IMG/VR virus record: IMGVR_UViG_3300025687_000247
Location: 1-27,545 of that record
DNA from: a virus
Taxonomy: Duplodnaviria > Caudoviricetes
Reading direction: 5' to 3' (one strand)
DNA: 27,545 nucleotides
Shown: piece after piece, positions 24,364 to 27,545 of the stretch
Position numbering within the stretch: the stretch's first letter is position 1
Layout of the letters: every line of letters begins with the position of its first letter
Made by a program: the position numbers and the translations under genes
The notes under the pieces: generated by a model
The model's input: the letters and a program-made list of their open reading frames with translations, nothing else
The model's database searches: none
Told to the model about the DNA's origin: nothing

Positions 24364-25975
24364 CTTCTGCAGATGCCGCCTTGACCTCTGGTGGAACTCC
24401 GGTCTCCAATCGACCTGTACCCTGATTATAGTACAACCAGCCAGCAGGTCCTGTCATGCCAGTCCTCCGGCACTTCACCAGCTGCACGAAGGTACTGTTC
24501 TTGGCGTACTCATCCTCTGCCATCTTGTCACGACTCAGTAGAATCGTATTGAAGGCGATCTGGTTGATACTGCCTGAACCCTTCAGGTCATACTCAGACA
24601 CGTTGTGTGGCTGCGAGGCGCTTGGCTTACGCATGTGGGACACCACAATGATAGCCACGTTGGTCTCCTTCGCCAGCTTCAAAAGGCGGTCCATAAAGTC
24701 ATCTATGACCTCGTTGGTGTTGCTGGAGACACCTGCCTGCAGCGGGTCAATGACTAGGATATTACATCCGTTGCCTTTGACCATGGAACGAAGCTTAATG
24801 AACAGCTCATCGGCATCCACGGCACCAAAGTGGTCCAGAAGGTATATACGACCATCGGTAATGATGTCGGACTTGTACTTGGATAGATCATGGTCCTCCA
24901 GATTCTCAAATGAGAAGTTCAGGTTGTTGTGAATTGTCAACAGGTTCTTCACTGCTTCGCCTTTGGAAGCCTCGAGGAACGCACAGCCAATGTTCAGGTC
25001 GGTGTTCTTCCACAGGTGGTACGTAATCTCGTTCACCATGGTTGTCTTACCGACACTGGTCAGGGCACCCAACACAGTAATCTCACCCGCTGCGATACCA
25101 CCGTTCATCATCTGGTTCAATTGACCAAAGGACTCTGGGAAGGGAATGATCTGCTCCTTACCCATCTTCAGGAAGTCTTCCCAAGCCTCCTCCAGCGTAA
25201 TCACGCCAGTCATGACATACGCCTTAGCGTTCCACCACTCCTGCATGAAGGCTTTTGCTTTGCCGTTCTTCAGGTAGTCACAAGGGTCCTTGAACTCCTC
25301 TAGGTTGACGATCTTTGCCTTGTTTGGCGATAGGATTTGAGCGCACTCTTCAGCCGCTGCGCGACCCGGCTCATCCGAATCAAACGCAATGATGACGTTC
25401 TCAAATCCTTCAAGCCACTCCAGATTACGTTGGAAGTCCTTTTTAGCGCCAGCCGCACCTTTAGAGACGCTAACAACAGGCCAACGCGAACCCAGTAGCT
25501 CATATGCCGCCATCGCGTCCAACTCGCCTTCAACAACTGTGACATACTTTCCCTCATTACTAAATAATTGTTGACCAAACAGTGTGTTTGACTTCATGTC
25601 ACCGCTGGTCGTGAACCGCTTGTCACGCAGCACACGGACCTTTACGCCACACTGTGCACCCTTCCTGTCGAAGTATGGGTAGTAGTGCTTGATAGCCTCT
25701 GATGTGCCAACCTTGAACTCTGATGTCACGCCATACTTCTTGGCGGTGTCCATAGAAATCTTACGGTCAGCGATACCTGAGACCACCCCATGCTGCTCGA
25801 ATGAGCGTTGGGTAGGGAAGTCCACTACTTCCGCTTGTTCCCCTGAAGGAAAATAGCTATTACAGCCAAAACAGTAGCCATGCCCATCGTCGTACCTCGC
25901 TAGGTTGTCCTTGGAACCGCACTTGGGGCAAGGCTCATGTTTTACGAAATTAGCTTCAGTTTTATAACTTTGCAT
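24353..25975 (-). CDS. T7 gp4-like primase-helicase
   Basis: Zn finger CPKC...CFGC; TOPRIM EGELDA and FDSDEPG; Walker A ALTSVGKT, LVID, VSHMRK, DLKGSGSINQ. Confidence 0.95.
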   Translation of the reverse strand: MQSYKTEANFVKHEPCPKCGSKDNLARYDDGHGYCFGCNSYFPSGEQAEVVDFPTQRSFEQHGVVSGIADRKISMDTAKKYGVTSEFKVGTSEAIKHYYPYFDRKGAQCGVKVRVLRDKRFTTSGDMKSNTLFGQQLFSNEGKYVTVVEGELDAMAAYELLGSRWPVVSVSKGAAGAKKDFQRNLEWLEGFENVIIAFDSDEPGRAAAEECAQILSPNKAKIVNLEEFKDPCDYLKNGKAKAFMQEWWNAKAYVMTGVITLEEAWEDFLKMGKEQIIPFPESFGQLNQMMNGGIAAGEITVLGALTSVGKTTMVNEITYHLWKNTDLNIGCAFLEASKGEAVKNLLTIHNNLNFSFENLEDHDLSKYKSDIITDGRIYLLDHFGAVDADELFIKLRSMVKGNGCNILVIDPLQAGVSSNTNEVIDDFMDRLLKLAKETNVAIIVVSHMRKPSASQPHNVSEYDLKGSGSINQIAFNTILLSRDKMAEDEYAKNSTFVQLVKCRRTGMTGPAGWLYYNQGTGRLETGVPPEVKAASAEDEF

Positions 25976-25992
25976 CGTTTTATCCTAAGTTA

Positions 25993-26006
25993 GGGGCCGA
26001 AGCCCC
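25993..26006 (-). other. cUUCGg hairpin between SSB and primase-helicase
   Basis: Minus strand GGGGC-TTCG-GCCCC with no U tract. Confidence 0.7.
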
Positions 26007-26015
26007 ATTAGACCC

Positions 26016-26390
26016 TTAAAACTCCTCCGCAGTGGTCGCCTGTTCAGAGAACTCGAGGACTTTGACCGCAGACAGGTATGGTGAGATACCGTGGACAGGG
26101 TGTGGTTTACCTGCGGTCCACTTGAGACGGACCTTGGAACCATACTTAAGATCGGATGCGGGGATTTCGTTACCCTCAGGATCGTAGACAGGAACCTGAT
26201 ACTTGGTAGCGAACTTGCGCTGTGCCTTGCCTTGGTACTCCTTCAGCTTGATTCCCATGTTCTCCAAGGCGACTGCCTCTTCATCGTCCATGGTCAAAGT
26301 TAGTGAGTACTTACCTGTGTCTTGACCGTTGTACTTGTCGGTCTCTGTCAGGTTAACGAAAGCAGCAATGCCATTGGTGTAGTTTGCCAT
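26016..26390 (-). CDS. Single-stranded DNA-binding protein (gp2.5-like, compact)
   Basis: AGGAGG RBS; GKYSLTL, GSKVRL, YLSAVKVLE OB-fold pattern; acidic tail ending Phe. Confidence 0.75.
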   Translation of the reverse strand: MANYTNGIAAFVNLTETDKYNGQDTGKYSLTLTMDDEEAVALENMGIKLKEYQGKAQRKFATKYQVPVYDPEGNEIPASDLKYGSKVRLKWTAGKPHPVHGISPYLSAVKVLEFSEQATTAEEF

Positions 26391-26420
26391 GATTACCTCC
26401 TATAAGATCGTGGCTCAGTT

Positions 26421-26439
26421 GAAAAACGACCGAAGTCGT
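26421..26439 (-). terminator. cUUCGg hairpin with U tract (short terminator and/or 5' stabiliser)
   Basis: Minus strand ACGAC-TTCG-GTCGT-TTTTC. Confidence 0.6.
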
Positions 26440-26445
26440 AGTAAA

Positions 26446-26475
26446 AGTATATCACAAGTCGGAAGACCTTGTCAA
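26446..26475 (-). promoter_or_regulatory. sigma70 promoter upstream of SSB
   Basis: Minus strand TTGACA, 18-bp spacer ending TGA, TATACT. Confidence 0.75.
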
Positions 26476-26631
26476 GACATCCTCTTCAAGTTCTTGAAAG
26501 ACCTCACCCTTAAGTTTATTCTTAAGTTTACTTCTTTTATACTCTTTCTTTGGAGAAACTATGTTTTTACTCTTATGTAGTAAATCCATATATTTCTTCA
26601 TATAGTTTCTTTCCTTAGGTTTATTATACAT
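26452..26631 (-). CDS. Small Lys-rich protein, 59 aa (not in ORF track)
   Basis: AAGGAG RBS; MYNKPKERNYMKKYMDLLHKSKNIVSPKKEYKRSKLKNKLKGEVFQELEEDVLTRSSDL*. Confidence 0.65.
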   Translation of the reverse strand: MYNKPKERNYMKKYMDLLHKSKNIVSPKKEYKRSKLKNKLKGEVFQELEEDVLTRSSDL

Positions 26632-26665
26632 AAAGATAATCTCCTTTGGTTATACTTATGTATAT

Positions 26666-26694
26666 ATTGTATCACATATCATCCTCCTTGTCAA
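26666..26694 (-). promoter_or_regulatory. sigma70 promoter with extended -10
   Basis: Minus strand TTGACA, 17-bp spacer ending TGA, TACAAT. Confidence 0.85.
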
Positions 26695-26833
26695 CCGTGT
26701 TGTCTTCCCCATCGTCAAATGTCTCGTAAACATACTGTAAGCATTCAAAACACATGTCAGTGTACTCCCCTCGACTGTCTTTAAAAGTTGACTCTTTGTC
26801 ACTCAAGGCTTTGTTACATGCTAAACACCTCAT
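26672..26833 (-). CDS. Small CxxC...CxxC zinc-finger protein, 53 aa (not in ORF track)
   Basis: GGAGGT RBS; MRCLACNKALSDKESTFKDSRGEYTDMCFECLQYVYETFDDGEDNTVDKEDDM*. Confidence 0.8.
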   Translation of the reverse strand: MRCLACNKALSDKESTFKDSRGEYTDMCFECLQYVYETFDDGEDNTVDKEDDM

Positions 26834-26919
26834 AAAATACCTCCAGAAGGCCTCAGAACGGCCTGTGTTGCGTTTTTAGGACCTTGTCCATACCTAGGTA
26901 TACCTAAGACCTTAAAATG

Positions 26920-27153
26920 TCATGTGCTCCTCCTTTCTGCACCTGACAACTCAGCCATCCTAGCCAACAAGTTGTTAAGCGGTTCTGTCATCATCGCCCT
27001 ACAGCAACTAACAACGATTGGGTTAAAGTCTTTTCCGCTATCACTCTCTTCTACACGGTTAAGGTACTTTTCAAAGAACTCTTTAACCAACCCTTGTAGC
27101 TCTAACGCTCTCTCTTCATTCTGCATTTCAGCAGCTATCTGTTTTTGATTCAT
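26920..27153 (-). CDS. Hypothetical protein, 77 aa
   Basis: GGAG RBS before ATG 27153 (MNQKQIAAEM). Confidence 0.7.
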   Translation of the reverse strand: MNQKQIAAEMQNEERALELQGLVKEFFEKYLNRVEESDSGKDFNPIVVSCCRAMMTEPLNNLLARMAELSGAERRST

Positions 27154-27167
27154 GTTGTGATCTCCGC

Positions 27168-27314
27168 TCAAAATAACGCCTCCTCTGTCTCTTGGATCAG
27201 GTCCTGAAGACGCAACATGGCAGCCTTCCTGACGACCCACTCAGGTTTTATACCGAAGGGGTTAAAACAACGTCCTGTCCGTGAACAGAACCCGTAGTAC
27301 TCCATGCTTTTCAC
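27168..27314 (-). CDS. Small hypothetical protein (not in ORF track)
   Basis: GGAGG then GTG 27314 (or ATG 27305); MEYYGFCSRTGRCFNPFGIKPEWVVRKAAMLRLQDLIQETEEALF*. Confidence 0.6.
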   Translation of the reverse strand: MKSMEYYGFCSRTGRCFNPFGIKPEWVVRKAAMLRLQDLIQETEEALF

Positions 27315-27493
27315 TGGTTTTCCTCCTCCCAATCTAAAAATTCCTCCTGCTCATAAGCATCCATTTGTGCAAAAGTACTAAAGTGCACCTCTTGACAGCA
27401 ACTAAAAGTTGTACGTTGTGTACCACAATAGTTACAGTATTCAGTAGAATCGTTCATGAACTCATCACGTAGTTCTTCTCGTGTCATTTTCAT
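27311..27493 (-). CDS. Small Cys-rich acidic protein
   Basis: GGAG RBS, ATGA overlap; YCNYCG...SCCQEVH possible metal site. Confidence 0.7.
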   Translation of the reverse strand: MKMTREELRDEFMNDSTEYCNYCGTQRTTFSCCQEVHFSTFAQMDAYEQEEFLDWEEENQ

Positions 27494-27545
27494 AGCTTCT
27501 CCAGTTCCTTAGATACCAGTGTAGCGTATCCTGCGATGTCCTTCC
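27490..27545 (-). CDS. 3' end of a DIAGYA-motif protein (DUF6378-like), partial
   Basis: Minus strand reads KDIAGYATLVSKELEKL*; only 17 residues visible. Confidence 0.5.
   Translation of the reverse strand, partial: KDIAGYATLVSKELEKL

Noticed and set aside
1-27545. tRNA, rRNA, cobalamin riboswitch, integrase, phage RNA polymerase, alternative genetic code
   Set aside because: None recognisable; intergenic gaps are short, nrdJ has no leader, and genes are intact in the standard code with all three stops used

Overview
This is an internal 27.5 kb stretch of a dsDNA podovirus-type bacteriophage with two convergent arms meeting at a bidirectional terminator (~18730-18765). The + arm (1-18731) carries, in order: the 3' end of the major capsid gene; a long Ala/Ser/Thr coiled-coil fibre followed by small receptor-binding-like genes and chaperone-like genes; a 7-gene lysis/membrane cassette ending in an M15 peptidase endolysin; tail adaptor, nozzle and fibre genes; a cupin; and four large internal (ejection-type) proteins. 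The - arm (27545-18765) carries small early ORFs, SSB, a T7 gp4-like primase-helicase, an HNH endonuclease, a T7-like PolA (Tyr762 type), a PD-(D/E)XK exonuclease, a GIY-YIG endonuclease and a class II B12-dependent RNR. Three near-consensus sigma70 promoters and no RNA polymerase gene in the window suggest host-RNAP transcription and a cobavirus/Zobellviridae-like organisation (inference). Best leads: (1) a possible plug-and-socket modular fibre/RBP system at 369-5569; (2) sequence blocks and a TATAC-N4-GTATA palindrome shared by promoters of the two opposite arms; (3) two ejection proteins with a shared N-terminal module and different C-terminal payloads; (4) a lysis cassette with no canonical spanin; (5) UUCG hairpins bracketing the SSB mRNA. 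All product calls come from motif recognition by eye; no database searches were run.
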